IMG/VR virus record: IMGVR_UViG_2579779052_000011
Strand: one strand, 5' to 3'
Source: a virus
Taxonomy: Duplodnaviria; Heunggongvirae; Uroviricota; Caudoviricetes
DNA length: 31,774 bases
Below the pieces are notes generated by a model. That model worked only from the letters and a program-made list of their open reading frames with translations. It was not told the DNA's origin and did no database searches. The position numbers were made by a program, and so were the translations under genes. Shown piece by piece: positions 8,147-17,262 of this stretch; position 1 is the stretch's first letter, and every line of letters begins with the position of its first letter.

Positions 8147-9088
8147 TTATATTTTTAATGTTAGTGAATGATATTCACGAGAGTTCACGTTCGATGTGAT
8201 GTAATCGGGGGCGTTAACACCAAGAATCGCAACGAGTAATCGGCAAATTAAAGCCTGCATTTGTTGTAATATGTCATCTCCATATTGATAATTGTTAATA
8301 GTGGTAAAGCCAAGTGGTTGACCATGAAACATAGCTTCATGAAAGTTTTCATTGCGGATGTTTGTAATGTTTTTTTTGCCTGTAACCCATGATGGTCGTG
8401 GTATTCCATAAGTTTTGCAGATCCACTTCAAGCGCCTGGAGTGATTTAGAGTCTTTTCTGTACACTTGTTCTTTTCTGCCCATGTTAAAGCAAAGCAACT
8501 ATCCAGTGCCATATAAAGATACTGGAATTTTTCGAAGCTAAGGTATTGTGGGTTTTGGGATAAAAATAGTGCATGCACTATTGCTGCTATATTTATTGGT
8601 GCGTGTTTGGTTTTTGTCTCGCTAGACATGTATTTGAGTGCTAATTCTATAACCTCTTTTTCAGAGCACTTGACCAGAATAAAGTCAGTTAATTTGCTAG
8701 GTTTTATTGGGGTTGCGTCTAAAAAACCGGCATCAGTAGTTGTTAATCTTATCCCTTTGAAAAAAGACAGACACCACACAGCAAAATTGAGAGTTTCTAG
8801 TGAAGATGTATTTTTTAATTTTAGTGAGTGTGTTTTGGGTAAGCCAAATACTCGTTGGCTAAAAGGCATTGTGGATATGCCTCCATTGAGGTTATATACT
8901 TCTTGGTTTCCTGGGTATATCCAACCGTTAATAACATTTCTGTGATTGTTTATAAGATTTGTTTTTTCCGCTAGACCGGGTAAAGTAAGTAAAGAAAAAT
9001 CATCAGTTTCAACGTTAACTTCTACTGGATAGTATCCAAACTCAGCTTCAATATCATTGGATTGCTGTTCGTCAACTTTACCTTGCAT
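8147..9088 (-). CDS. Hypothetical 313-aa protein in the old/tin hotspot; possible HEPN-like Rx4H motif; candidate defence effector
   Basis: AT-rich ORF with GGAG RBS 8 nt upstream; occupies the cos-proximal slot where P2 has old; C-terminal IRNENFHEAMFHG motif. Confidence 0.6.
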   Translation of the reverse strand: MQGKVDEQQSNDIEAEFGYYPVEVNVETDDFSLLTLPGLAEKTNLINNHRNVINGWIYPGNQEVYNLNGGISTMPFSQRVFGLPKTHSLKLKNTSSLETLNFAVWCLSFFKGIRLTTTDAGFLDATPIKPSKLTDFILVKCSEKEVIELALKYMSSETKTKHAPINIAAIVHALFLSQNPQYLSFEKFQYLYMALDSCFALTWAEKNKCTEKTLNHSRRLKWICKTYGIPRPSWVTGKKNITNIRNENFHEAMFHGQPLGFTTINNYQYGDDILQQMQALICRLLVAILGVNAPDYITSNVNSREYHSLTLKI

Positions 9089-9200
9089 ACATTGCTCCGG
9101 TCAAAAATAGGCTCGATAATTCTCGTAAGCCTATCATGTTCGCAAAGTATCCATACCTGTGGATTTTGTAAATTTAAGTTGATTTGTCATTAAATAAGCC

Positions 9201-9212
9201 GTTGCATGCAAC
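9201..9212. repeat. Perfect 12-bp palindrome GTTGCATGCAAC upstream of the 313-aa gene
   Basis: Direct reading; lies in the promoter region of the minus-strand cargo gene. Confidence 0.5.
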
Positions 9213-9326
9213 AAGTGAATGTTTTTGCATGCGTCGGGGATGTCCGTTCAGGCTGCGTGCGGTCAGGACTGGTGCGGATCCATAGTATCTATGCAACTGC
9301 ATTAAAACTGCCCCATGAAGCGGGCG

Positions 9327-9345
9327 GGCGAGGCGGGGAAAGCAC
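9327..9345. other. cos: cos site (19-nt cohesive end GGCGAGGCGGGGAAAGCAC)
   Basis: Exact match to the P2 cohesive-end sequence as I recall it; located immediately upstream of Q as in P2. Confidence 0.8.
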
Positions 9346-9488
9346 TGCGCGCTGGCGGTGGTGCTGATTTTATTTTTTCAGCGTCTGAGCGCGTCTTGAT
9401 GGCGTTTAGATTGTGCGCCGGGGCGTTGGTGTGTCTGCGGGGTATTTTGTGCGGTGGTGAGCGTGTGAGGGCGTGATGACGGGGTGTA

Positions 9489-9512
9489 AAAAAGCCGCCC
9501 GCAGGCGGCGAT
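9489..9512 (-). terminator. Terminator downstream of Q (minus strand)
   Basis: GCCGCC-CGCA-GGCGGC hairpin followed by a T6 run on the minus strand, just past the Q stop. Confidence 0.6.
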
Positions 9513-9514
9513 GT

Positions 9515-10549
9515 TCAGCCGTTGTCAGTGTCCAGTGAGTAGTTTTTAAAGCGGATGACCTCCTGGCCGAGCCAGCCGTTTATTTCCCGAATCCTGTCCT
9601 GTAACGGGATAAGTTCATTGCGGACAAAGACCTTTGCCACTTTCTCAATATCACCCAGCGACCCGACGTTCTCCGGCTTGCCGCCCATCAACTGAAAGGG
9701 GATGCGGTGCGCGTCCAGCAGGTCAGCGGCGCTGGCTTTTTTGATATTAAAAAAATCGTCCTTCGTTGCCACTTCACTGAGCGGGATAATTTTAATACCG
9801 TCGGCTTTCCCCTGCGGGGCATAGAGAAACAGATTTTTAAAGTTGTTGCGGCCTTTCGACTTGACCATGTTTTCGCGAAGCATTTCGATATCGTTGCGAT
9901 CCTGCACGGCATCAGTGACGTACATGATGTATCCGGCATGTGCGCCATTTTCGTAATACTTGCGGCGGAACAGCGTGGCCGACTCATTCAGCCAGGCAGA
10001 GTTAAGGGCGCTGAGATATTCCGGCAGGCCGTACAGCTCCTGATTAATATCCGGCTCCAGCAGGTGAAACACGGAGCCGGGCGCGAAGGCTGTCGGCTCG
10101 TTGAAGGACGGCGCCCACCAGTAAACATCCTCTTCCACACCACGGCGGGGATATTTTGCCGGTGAGGTTTCCAGTCTGATGACCTTACCGGTGGTGCTGT
10201 AACGCTTTTCCAGAAACGCATTACCGAACACCAGAAAATCCAGCACAAAGCGGCTGAAATCCTGCTGGGAAAGCCACGGATGCGGGATAAATGTTGAGGC
10301 CAGAATATTACGTTTGACGTAAATCGGTGAGCTGTGATGCACGGCAGCACGCAGGCTTTTTGCCAGACCGGTAAAGCTGACCGGTGGTTCATACCATCTG
10401 CCGTTACTGATGCACTCGACGTAATCCAGAATGTCACGGCGGTCGAGTACCGGTACCGGCTCGCCAAAGGTGAATGCCTCCATTTTCGGGGTGCTGGCGG
10501 TCATTTTTTTTGCCGCAGGTTGCGGTGTTTTCCCTTTTTTCTTGCTCAT
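9515..10549 (-). CDS. Q: Portal protein, P2 gpQ-like
   Basis: 344-aa ORF, same length as P2 Q; N-terminal lysine-rich region; adjacent to cos. Confidence 0.9.
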   Translation of the reverse strand: MSKKKGKTPQPAAKKMTASTPKMEAFTFGEPVPVLDRRDILDYVECISNGRWYEPPVSFTGLAKSLRAAVHHSSPIYVKRNILASTFIPHPWLSQQDFSRFVLDFLVFGNAFLEKRYSTTGKVIRLETSPAKYPRRGVEEDVYWWAPSFNEPTAFAPGSVFHLLEPDINQELYGLPEYLSALNSAWLNESATLFRRKYYENGAHAGYIMYVTDAVQDRNDIEMLRENMVKSKGRNNFKNLFLYAPQGKADGIKIIPLSEVATKDDFFNIKKASAADLLDAHRIPFQLMGGKPENVGSLGDIEKVAKVFVRNELIPLQDRIREINGWLGQEVIRFKNYSLDTDNG

Positions 10550-12321
10550 CAGTAAAACTCCAGAATGGTGGATGTCAGCGGAGTGCTGATACCCGCGGTG
10601 AGTGGCTCATTTAACAGGGCGTGCATGGTCGCCCAGGCGAGGTCGGCGTGGCTGGCTTCCTCGCTGCGGCTGGCCTCATAGGTGGCGCTGCGTCCGCTGC
10701 TGGTCATGGTCTTGCGGATAGCCATAAACGAGCTGGTGATGTCGGTGGCGCTGACGTCATATTCCAGACAGCCACGGCGAATAACGTCTTTTGCCTTGAG
10801 CACCATTGCGGTTTTCATTTCCGGCGTGTAGCGGATATCGCGCGCGGCGGGATAGAACGAGCGAACGAGCTGGAACACGCCGACACCGAGGCCGGTGGCA
10901 TCAATTCCGATGTATTCGACGTTGTATTTTTCGGTGAGTTTGCGGATGGATTCAGCCTGGGTGGCAAAGTCCATGCCTTTCCACTGGTGACGCTCAAGTA
11001 TTCTGAATTTGCCACCGGCCACCACCGGCGGTGCCAGCACCACGCATCCGGCACTGTCGCCACGGTGTGACGGGTCGTAACCAATCCAGACCGGGCGGGA
11101 GCCGAACGGATTGGCGGCAAACGGCGCATAGTCTTCCCATTCTTCCAGCGTGTCGACCATGCAGCGTTGCAGCTCCTCGAACGGGAATACCGACGCCTTG
11201 TCGTCAACAAATTCACACATGAACAGGTTTTTAAAATCGTCGGCGCTGTTTTCGCGTTTAAGCTGCTCAATGTCGAACAGCGTGCAGCCACCTTTCAGGG
11301 CGTCCTCAATGGTGACAATCTGCCGCCACTGGCCGTCCGCACAGAGAAACCCACCGGCAAGGGCGTTATGACTGACGTCGATTTCCACGCGTTCGGCGGC
11401 GCTGGCGCGTCCCCGGTTGAACAGTTCACCCGACCAGAACGGGTAGGCGTCGTGCGCCAGCGTGGACGGGGTGGAGAAATAGGTCGAGCGCAGGTGACTC
11501 TGTGAGGCCATACCTGATGCCACCTTACGCAGTACCTGAAAATTCGGGATCCAGAAAATCTCGTCGACGTACAGGTCGCCGTTATGGCTCTGTGCGGTGT
11601 TGGAGTTGGTGCCGAGAAAAATCAGTTTTGCGCCGTTATTGCCCAGGACAATCGGGTCACCGGTCAGGTCAACGTCAACCAGACGGGCAAAGGCGATGAT
11701 GTATTCGCGGAACACATACGCCTGCGTTTTACTGGCCGACAGAAAAATCTGGTTATGACCGGTTTTCAGGGCGCGCAGCAGCGCCTCGCGGGAAAAATAA
11801 AACGTCGCGCCAATCTGGCGGGATTTCAGGATATCGCGGATGCGGTGCTCAAGCCCGGCGCGATACCAGTGCAACTGATATTCGAAAGACTGCTCAAAGA
11901 AAATCTGCTCCAGCTTTTCGATGGCCTCGTCGCTGAAAAAATTCTTTTTCGGTTTGCGTCGCCCGCCTTTGTTGCGGTTAGCGACGTTCGGATTAAGGTC
12001 TGCCTCGTTGCCGGTCTGACTGTAGCGGTTTACCCGTGCCAGTCGTTCAATCTGGCGTCCCAGCAGGTCAATTTCCTTGAAGTCACCGCCGGTTTTCTGC
12101 GGTTTGATGATGAGCTGGGTCAGTCGCGCTTCCAGACTCATTTCGACACGGCTGATGGGGGCAACGCTGTCCCAGCCGTCGCGCTGTTTCCAGCTCTGCA
12201 CCGTCGGACGTTTCATCTGCAACATGGCGGCAATCTGCGGCACGGAAAACCCCTGCCAGTACAGCAGCGCCGCCTGACGACGCGGGTCGTGTAAAAGAGT
12301 GGTGTCTGTGGTGATGGTCAT
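10549..12321 (-). CDS. P: Terminase large (ATPase) subunit, P2 gpP-like
   Basis: Start taken at the internal ATG at 12321 (MTITTD..., GAGG RBS), giving 590 aa; stop overlaps the Q start. Confidence 0.9.
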   Translation of the reverse strand: MTITTDTTLLHDPRRQAALLYWQGFSVPQIAAMLQMKRPTVQSWKQRDGWDSVAPISRVEMSLEARLTQLIIKPQKTGGDFKEIDLLGRQIERLARVNRYSQTGNEADLNPNVANRNKGGRRKPKKNFFSDEAIEKLEQIFFEQSFEYQLHWYRAGLEHRIRDILKSRQIGATFYFSREALLRALKTGHNQIFLSASKTQAYVFREYIIAFARLVDVDLTGDPIVLGNNGAKLIFLGTNSNTAQSHNGDLYVDEIFWIPNFQVLRKVASGMASQSHLRSTYFSTPSTLAHDAYPFWSGELFNRGRASAAERVEIDVSHNALAGGFLCADGQWRQIVTIEDALKGGCTLFDIEQLKRENSADDFKNLFMCEFVDDKASVFPFEELQRCMVDTLEEWEDYAPFAANPFGSRPVWIGYDPSHRGDSAGCVVLAPPVVAGGKFRILERHQWKGMDFATQAESIRKLTEKYNVEYIGIDATGLGVGVFQLVRSFYPAARDIRYTPEMKTAMVLKAKDVIRRGCLEYDVSATDITSSFMAIRKTMTSSGRSATYEASRSEEASHADLAWATMHALLNEPLTAGISTPLTSTILEFY

Positions 12322-12494
12322 GAATACCTCGCCGTGATGAATACACGGCAAGGCTACTGAGTCGCGCCCCGCGATTCGCTAAGGTGCTGTTGTGTCAGTG
12401 ATAAGCCATCCGGGACTGATGGCGGAGGATGCGCATCGTCGGGAAACTGATGCCGACATGTGACTCCTCTAATCACTATTCAGGACTCCTGACA
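12322..12494. promoter_or_regulatory. Divergent late promoter region between P and O (Ogr-dependent in P2)
   Basis: Intergenic region between divergently transcribed P and O; no motif confirmed. Confidence 0.5.
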
Positions 12495-13349
12495 ATGGCA
12501 AAAAAAGTCTCAAAATTCTTTCGTATCGGCGTTGAGGGTGACACCTGTGACGGGCGTGTCATCAGTGCGCAGGATATTCAGGAAATGGCCGAAACCTTTG
12601 ACCCGCGAGTCTATGGTTGCCGCATTAACCTGGAACATCTGCGCGGCATCCTGCCTGACGGTATTTTTAAGCGTTATGGCGATGTGGCCGAACTGAAGGC
12701 CGAAAAGATTGACGATGATTCGGCGCTGAAAGGCAAATGGGCGCTGTTTGCGAAAATCACCCCGACCGATGACCTTATCGCGATGAACAAGGCCGCGCAG
12801 AAGGTCTACACCTCAATGGAAATTCAGCCGAACTTTGCCAACACCGGCAAATGTTATCTGGTGGGTCTGGCCGTCACCGATGACCCGGCAAGCCTCGGCA
12901 CGGAATACCTGGAATTCTGCCGCACGGCAAAACACAACCCCCTGAACCGCTTCAAATTAAGCCCTGAAAACCTGATTTCAGTGGCAACGCCTGTTGAGCT
13001 GGAATTTGAAGACCTGCCTGAAACCGTGTTCACCGCCCTGACCGAAAAGGTGAAATCCATTTTTGGCCGCAAACAGGCCAGCGATGACGCCCGTCTGAAT
13101 GACGTGCATGAAGCGGTGACCGCTGTTGCTGAACATGTGCAGGAAAAACTGAGCGCCACTGAGCAGCGCCTCTCTGAGATGGAAACCGCCTTTTCTGCAC
13201 TTAAGCAGGAGGTGACTGACAGGGCGGATGAAACCAGCCAGGCATTCACCCGCCTGAAAAACAGTCTCGACCACACCGAAAGTCTGACCCAGCAGCGCCG
13301 CAGCAAGGCCACCGGCGGTGGCGGTGACGCCCTGATGACGAACTGCTGA
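12495..13349 (+). CDS. O: Capsid scaffolding protein, P2 gpO-like
   Basis: Start at ATG 12495 (MAKKVSKFF...), 284 aa as in P2 O. Confidence 0.9.
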   Translation: MAKKVSKFFRIGVEGDTCDGRVISAQDIQEMAETFDPRVYGCRINLEHLRGILPDGIFKRYGDVAELKAEKIDDDSALKGKWALFAKITPTDDLIAMNKAAQKVYTSMEIQPNFANTGKCYLVGLAVTDDPASLGTEYLEFCRTAKHNPLNRFKLSPENLISVATPVELEFEDLPETVFTALTEKVKSIFGRKQASDDARLNDVHEAVTAVAEHVQEKLSATEQRLSEMETAFSALKQEVTDRADETSQAFTRLKNSLDHTESLTQQRRSKATGGGGDALMTNC

Positions 13350-13407
13350 CCGGCGTCAGCCAGTCCGGGAAAACCTTCACGATTAACCCTTAATTTCAGG
13401 AAAAACT

Positions 13408-14481
13408 ATGCGCCAGGAAACCCGCTTTAAATTTAATGCTTACCTGTCCCGTGTTGCCGAACTGAACGGCATCGACGCCGGTGATGTGTCGAAAAAATTC
13501 ACCGTTGAACCGTCGGTCACCCAGACCCTGATGAACACCATGCAGGAGTCCTCTGACTTTCTGACCCGCATCAACATTGTGCCGGTCAGCGAAATGAAAG
13601 GGGAAAAAATTGGCATCGGTGTCACCGGCTCCATCGCCAGCACCACCGACACCGCCGGTGGCACCGAGCGTCAGCCGAAGGACTTCTCGAAGCTGGCGTC
13701 AAACAAGTACGAATGCGACCAGATTAACTTCGATTTTTATATCCGCTACAAAACGCTGGACCTGTGGGCGCGTTATCAGGATTTCCAGCTCCGTGTCCGT
13801 AACGCCATTATCAAACGCCAGTCCCTTGATTTAATCATGGCCGGTTTTAACGGCGTGAGGCGTGCCGAAACCTCTGACCGCAGCAGTAACCCGATGCTGC
13901 AGGATGTGGCGGTCGGCTGGCTGCAGAAATACCGCAATGAAGCACCGGCGCGCGTGATGAGCAAGGTCACTGACGAGGAAGGGCACACCACCTCTGAGGT
14001 TATCCGCGTGGGTAAGGGCGGTGATTATGCCAGCCTTGACGCACTGGTGATGGATGCGACCAACAACCTGATTGAGCCGTGGTATCAGGAAGACCCTGAC
14101 CTTGTGGTGATTGTGGGACGTCAGCTACTGGCGGACAAGTATTTTCCCATCGTCAACAAGGAGCAGGACAACAGCGAAATGCTGGCCGCTGACGTCATCA
14201 TCAGCCAGAAACGCATCGGTAACCTGCCGGCGGTACGCGTCCCGTACTTCCCGGCGGATGCGATGCTCATCACAAAGCTGGAAAACCTGTCCATCTACTA
14301 CATGGATGACAGCCATCGCCGCGTGATTGAGGAAAACCCGAAACTCGACCGCGTGGAGAACTACGAGTCAATGAACATTGATTACGTGGTGGAAGACTAC
14401 GCCGCCGGTTGTCTGGTGGAAAAAATTAAGGTCGGTGATTTCTCCACGCTGGCTAAAGCGACCGCAGAGCCGGGAGCGTAA
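13408..14481 (+). CDS. N: Major capsid protein, P2 gpN-like
   Basis: 357-aa ORF at the P2 N position. Confidence 0.9.
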   Translation: MRQETRFKFNAYLSRVAELNGIDAGDVSKKFTVEPSVTQTLMNTMQESSDFLTRINIVPVSEMKGEKIGIGVTGSIASTTDTAGGTERQPKDFSKLASNKYECDQINFDFYIRYKTLDLWARYQDFQLRVRNAIIKRQSLDLIMAGFNGVRRAETSDRSSNPMLQDVAVGWLQKYRNEAPARVMSKVTDEEGHTTSEVIRVGKGGDYASLDALVMDATNNLIEPWYQEDPDLVVIVGRQLLADKYFPIVNKEQDNSEMLAADVIISQKRIGNLPAVRVPYFPADAMLITKLENLSIYYMDDSHRRVIEENPKLDRVENYESMNIDYVVEDYAAGCLVEKIKVGDFSTLAKATAEPGA

Positions 14482-14484
14482 CCG

Positions 14485-15228
14485 ATGACGAGTCCCGCAC
14501 AGCGCCACATGATGCGGGTCTCGGCAGCGATGACCGCGCAGCGGGAAGCCGCCCCGCTGCGACATGCAACTGTCTATGAGCAGATGCTGGTCAAGCTGGC
14601 CGCAGACCAGCGCACACTGAAAGCGATTTATTCAAAAGAGCTGAAGGCCGCGAAAAAGCGCGAGTTGCTGCCGTTCTGGTTGCCGTGGGTGAACGGCGTG
14701 CTGGAGCAGGGCAAAGGTGCACAGGATGACATTCTGATGACGGTCATGCTGTGGCGTCTGGATACCGGCGATATTGCCGGTGCGCTGGAGATTGCCCGTT
14801 ATGCCCTGAAGTATGGTCTGACCATGCCGGGGAAACACCGCCGCACTCCGCCGTACATGTTCACCGAGGAGGTGGCGCTTGCGGCCATGCGCGCTCACGC
14901 TGCCGGTGAGTCTGTGGATACCCGCCTGCTGACGGAGACCCTTGAACTGACCGCCACGGCTGACATGCCTGATGAAGTGCGCGCAAAGCTGCACAAAATT
15001 ACCGGTCTGTTTCTGCGTGACGGTGGTGATGCCGCCGGTGCGCTGGCTCACCTGCAACGTGCGACACAGCTCGACTGTCAGGCAGGCGTCAAAAAAGAGA
15101 TTGAACGACTGGAGCGGGAGCTGAAACCGAAGCCGGAGCCGCAGCCCAAAGCGGCCACCCGCGCCCCGCGTAAGACCCGGAGCGTGACACCGGCAAAACG
15201 TGGACGCCCGAAAAAGAAAGCCAGTTAA
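14485..15228 (+). CDS. M: Terminase small (endonuclease) subunit, P2 gpM-like
   Basis: 247-aa ORF with basic C-terminal tail. Confidence 0.9.
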   Translation: MTSPAQRHMMRVSAAMTAQREAAPLRHATVYEQMLVKLAADQRTLKAIYSKELKAAKKRELLPFWLPWVNGVLEQGKGAQDDILMTVMLWRLDTGDIAGALEIARYALKYGLTMPGKHRRTPPYMFTEEVALAAMRAHAAGESVDTRLLTETLELTATADMPDEVRAKLHKITGLFLRDGGDAAGALAHLQRATQLDCQAGVKKEIERLERELKPKPEPQPKAATRAPRKTRSVTPAKRGRPKKKAS

Positions 15229-15327
15229 CAACCGAATGCGCCCCGCGCCAGGGCGGCACGCCGGTCAGTGAGGGTGAATCACCTGACACTGCACCGGAGT
15301 CCACCGCCCGACTTTTCAGAGGTAGTC

Positions 15328-15837
15328 ATGATGACGCTGATTATTCCGCGAAAGGAGGCTCCCGTGTCCGGTGAGGGTACGGTGGTCATCCCGCAACCGG
15401 CAGGCGACGAGCCGGTGATTAAAAACACGTTCTTTTTTCCCGATATCGACCCGAAGCGCGTCCGGGAACGTATGCGCCTTGAGCAGACCGTCGCCCCCGC
15501 CCGTCTGCGTGAGGCCATCAAGTCAGGCATGGCGGAGACGAATGCGGAGCTGTACGAGTACCGCGAACAGAAAATTGCCGCCGGTTTTACGCGTCTGGCG
15601 GAAGTCCCGGCGGACGACATCGACGGTGAAAGCATCAAAGTTTTTTACTACGAGCGCGCCGTGTGTGCGATGGCGACCGCATCGCTTTATGAGCGTTATC
15701 GCGGCGTGGATGCCAGTGCCAAAGGCGACAAGAAGGCCGACAGCATTGACAGCACCATTGATGAGCTGTGGCGGGATATGCGCTGGGCAGTGGCGCGAAT
15801 CCAGGACAAGCCGCGCTGCATTGTGAGTCAAATCTGA
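15328..15837 (+). CDS. L: Head completion protein, P2 gpL-like
   Basis: Start at ATG 15328 with GAGG RBS, 169 aa. Confidence 0.85.
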   Translation: MMTLIIPRKEAPVSGEGTVVIPQPAGDEPVIKNTFFFPDIDPKRVRERMRLEQTVAPARLREAIKSGMAETNAELYEYREQKIAAGFTRLAEVPADDIDGESIKVFYYERAVCAMATASLYERYRGVDASAKGDKKADSIDSTIDELWRDMRWAVARIQDKPRCIVSQI

Positions 15838-16040
15838 TGAAGACCTTTGCGCTACAGGGCGACACGCTCGACGCCATCTGTGTCCGGTATTACGGGCGCA
15901 CTGAGGGCGTGGTCGAGGCCGTGCTCGCCGCAAATCCGGGACTGGCTGAACTGGGTGCGGTGCTGCCGCACGGCACCGCCGTCGAACTGCCCGACGTTCA
16001 GACCGCGCCCGTGGCTGAAACTGTCAATCTGTGGGAGTAA
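15837..16040 (+). CDS. X: Tail protein X, P2 gpX-like
   Basis: 67-aa ORF from the ATG overlapping the L stop (ATGA). Confidence 0.8.
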   Translation: MKTFALQGDTLDAICVRYYGRTEGVVEAVLAANPGLAELGAVLPHGTAVELPDVQTAPVAETVNLWE

Positions 16041-16043
16041 CGC

Positions 16044-16325
16044 ATGACAGCAGAAGAAAAAAGCGTCCTGTCGCTTTTCATGATTGGGGTGCTGATTGTT
16101 GTCGGCAAGGTGCTTGCCGGTGGTGAACCCATCACCCCGCGTCTGTTTATCGGGCGCATGTTGCTTGGTGGTTTTGTCTCGATGGTTGCCGGTGTTGTTC
16201 TGGTGCAGTTTCCTGACCTGTCACTGCCTGCGGTGTGCGGCATCGGCTCCATGCTGGGTATCGCCGGTTATCAGGTGATTGAGATTGCCATTCAGCGCCG
16301 CTTTAAGGGCAGGGGGAAACAGTAA
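16044..16325 (+). CDS. Y: Holin, P2 gpY-like
   Basis: 93-aa ORF with hydrophobic TM segments and a charged C-terminus. Confidence 0.85.
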   Translation: MTAEEKSVLSLFMIGVLIVVGKVLAGGEPITPRLFIGRMLLGGFVSMVAGVVLVQFPDLSLPAVCGIGSMLGIAGYQVIEIAIQRRFKGRGKQ

Positions 16326-16822
16326 TGCCGGTAATTAACACGCATCAGAATATCGCTGCCTTTCTCGACATGCTGGCCGTGTCCGAAGGGACGGCGAATC
16401 ACCCGCTGACGAAAAACCGGGGCTATGACGTGATAGTCACCGGACTGGACGGGAAGCCGGAAATTTTCACCGACTACAGTGACCACCCGTTCGCACATGG
16501 CCGACCGGCGAAGGTGTTTAACCGTCGCGGTGAAAAATCCACGGCCTCAGGTCGCTATCAGCAGCTTTACCTGTTCTGGCCGCATTACCGCAAACAGCTT
16601 GCCCTGCCGGATTTCAGTCCGTTGTCACAGGACAGACTTGCCATTCAGTTGATCCGCGAACGCGGTGCACTGGATGACATCCGGGCGGGACGCATTGAGC
16701 GCGCCATTTCACGCTGTCGCAATATCTGGGCGTCCCTGCCGGGTGCCGGTTACGGTCAGCGTGAGCATTCACTGGAAAAACTGGTCACCGTCTGGCGTAC
16801 CGCTGGCGGCGTACCGGCTTAA
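16325..16822 (+). CDS. K: Endolysin (lysozyme), P2 gpK-like
   Basis: 165-aa ORF immediately after the holin. Confidence 0.9.
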   Translation: MPVINTHQNIAAFLDMLAVSEGTANHPLTKNRGYDVIVTGLDGKPEIFTDYSDHPFAHGRPAKVFNRRGEKSTASGRYQQLYLFWPHYRKQLALPDFSPLSQDRLAIQLIRERGALDDIRAGRIERAISRCRNIWASLPGAGYGQREHSLEKLVTVWRTAGGVPA

Positions 16823-16836
16823 ACGGAGTAAACACC

Positions 16837-17262
16837 ATGAAGAAATTATCCCTTTCACTGATGCTGAACGTGTTGCTGGCGCTGATGCTGGCACTGTCCC
16901 TGATTTACCCGCAGAGCGTGGCCGTCAGTTTTGTCGCTGCCTGGGCGATTCTGGCGACGGTTATCTGTGTGGTTGCCGGCGGTGTCGGCGTGTATGCCAC
17001 AGAGTATGTACTGGAACGCTACGGGCGGGAGCTGCCGCCGGAATCGCTGGCCGTGAAGATTGTCACGTCGCTGTTTTTGCAGCCGGTGCCGTGGCGCAGA
17101 CGGGCGGTGGCTCTGGTAGTGATGGTGGCGACGTTTATCTCGCTGGTCGCTGCCGGGTGGATTTTTACCGCGCTGATTTATCTCGTGGTATCGGTGTTCT
17201 TCCGGCTGATACGTACGGCCTGCCGTCAGCGTTTTGAGGGGCGGGAACCATGTCAAGGCTGA
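16837..17262 (+). CDS. lysA: Lysis accessory membrane protein LysA
   Basis: 141-aa hydrophobic ORF with GGAG RBS. Confidence 0.85.
   Translation: MKKLSLSLMLNVLLALMLALSLIYPQSVAVSFVAAWAILATVICVVAGGVGVYATEYVLERYGRELPPESLAVKIVTSLFLQPVPWRRRAVALVVMVATFISLVAAGWIFTALIYLVVSVFFRLIRTACRQRFEGREPCQG

Noticed and set aside
5776-9326. CRISPR array, tRNA or retron ncRNA in the cargo region
   Set aside because: No regularly spaced direct repeats, no tRNA-like cloverleaf seen by eye, and no reverse transcriptase ORF nearby; only the single pair of direct repeats at 5961-6005 and 6246-6270
9988-10467. 159-aa ORF on the minus strand inside Q (and 9707-10165 plus)
   Set aside because: Alternative-frame shadow ORFs inside the well-supported portal gene; typical of the GC-richer backbone
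10621-12294. Several plus-strand ORFs (10621-11070, 11167-11505, 11584-12294) opposite the terminase gene P
   Set aside because: Antisense shadow ORFs within P; Gly/Arg/Ala-rich low-complexity translations and no start signals
14632-15231. 199-aa minus-strand ORF opposite M
   Set aside because: Antisense to the terminase small subunit gene; Arg/Gly-rich shadow ORF
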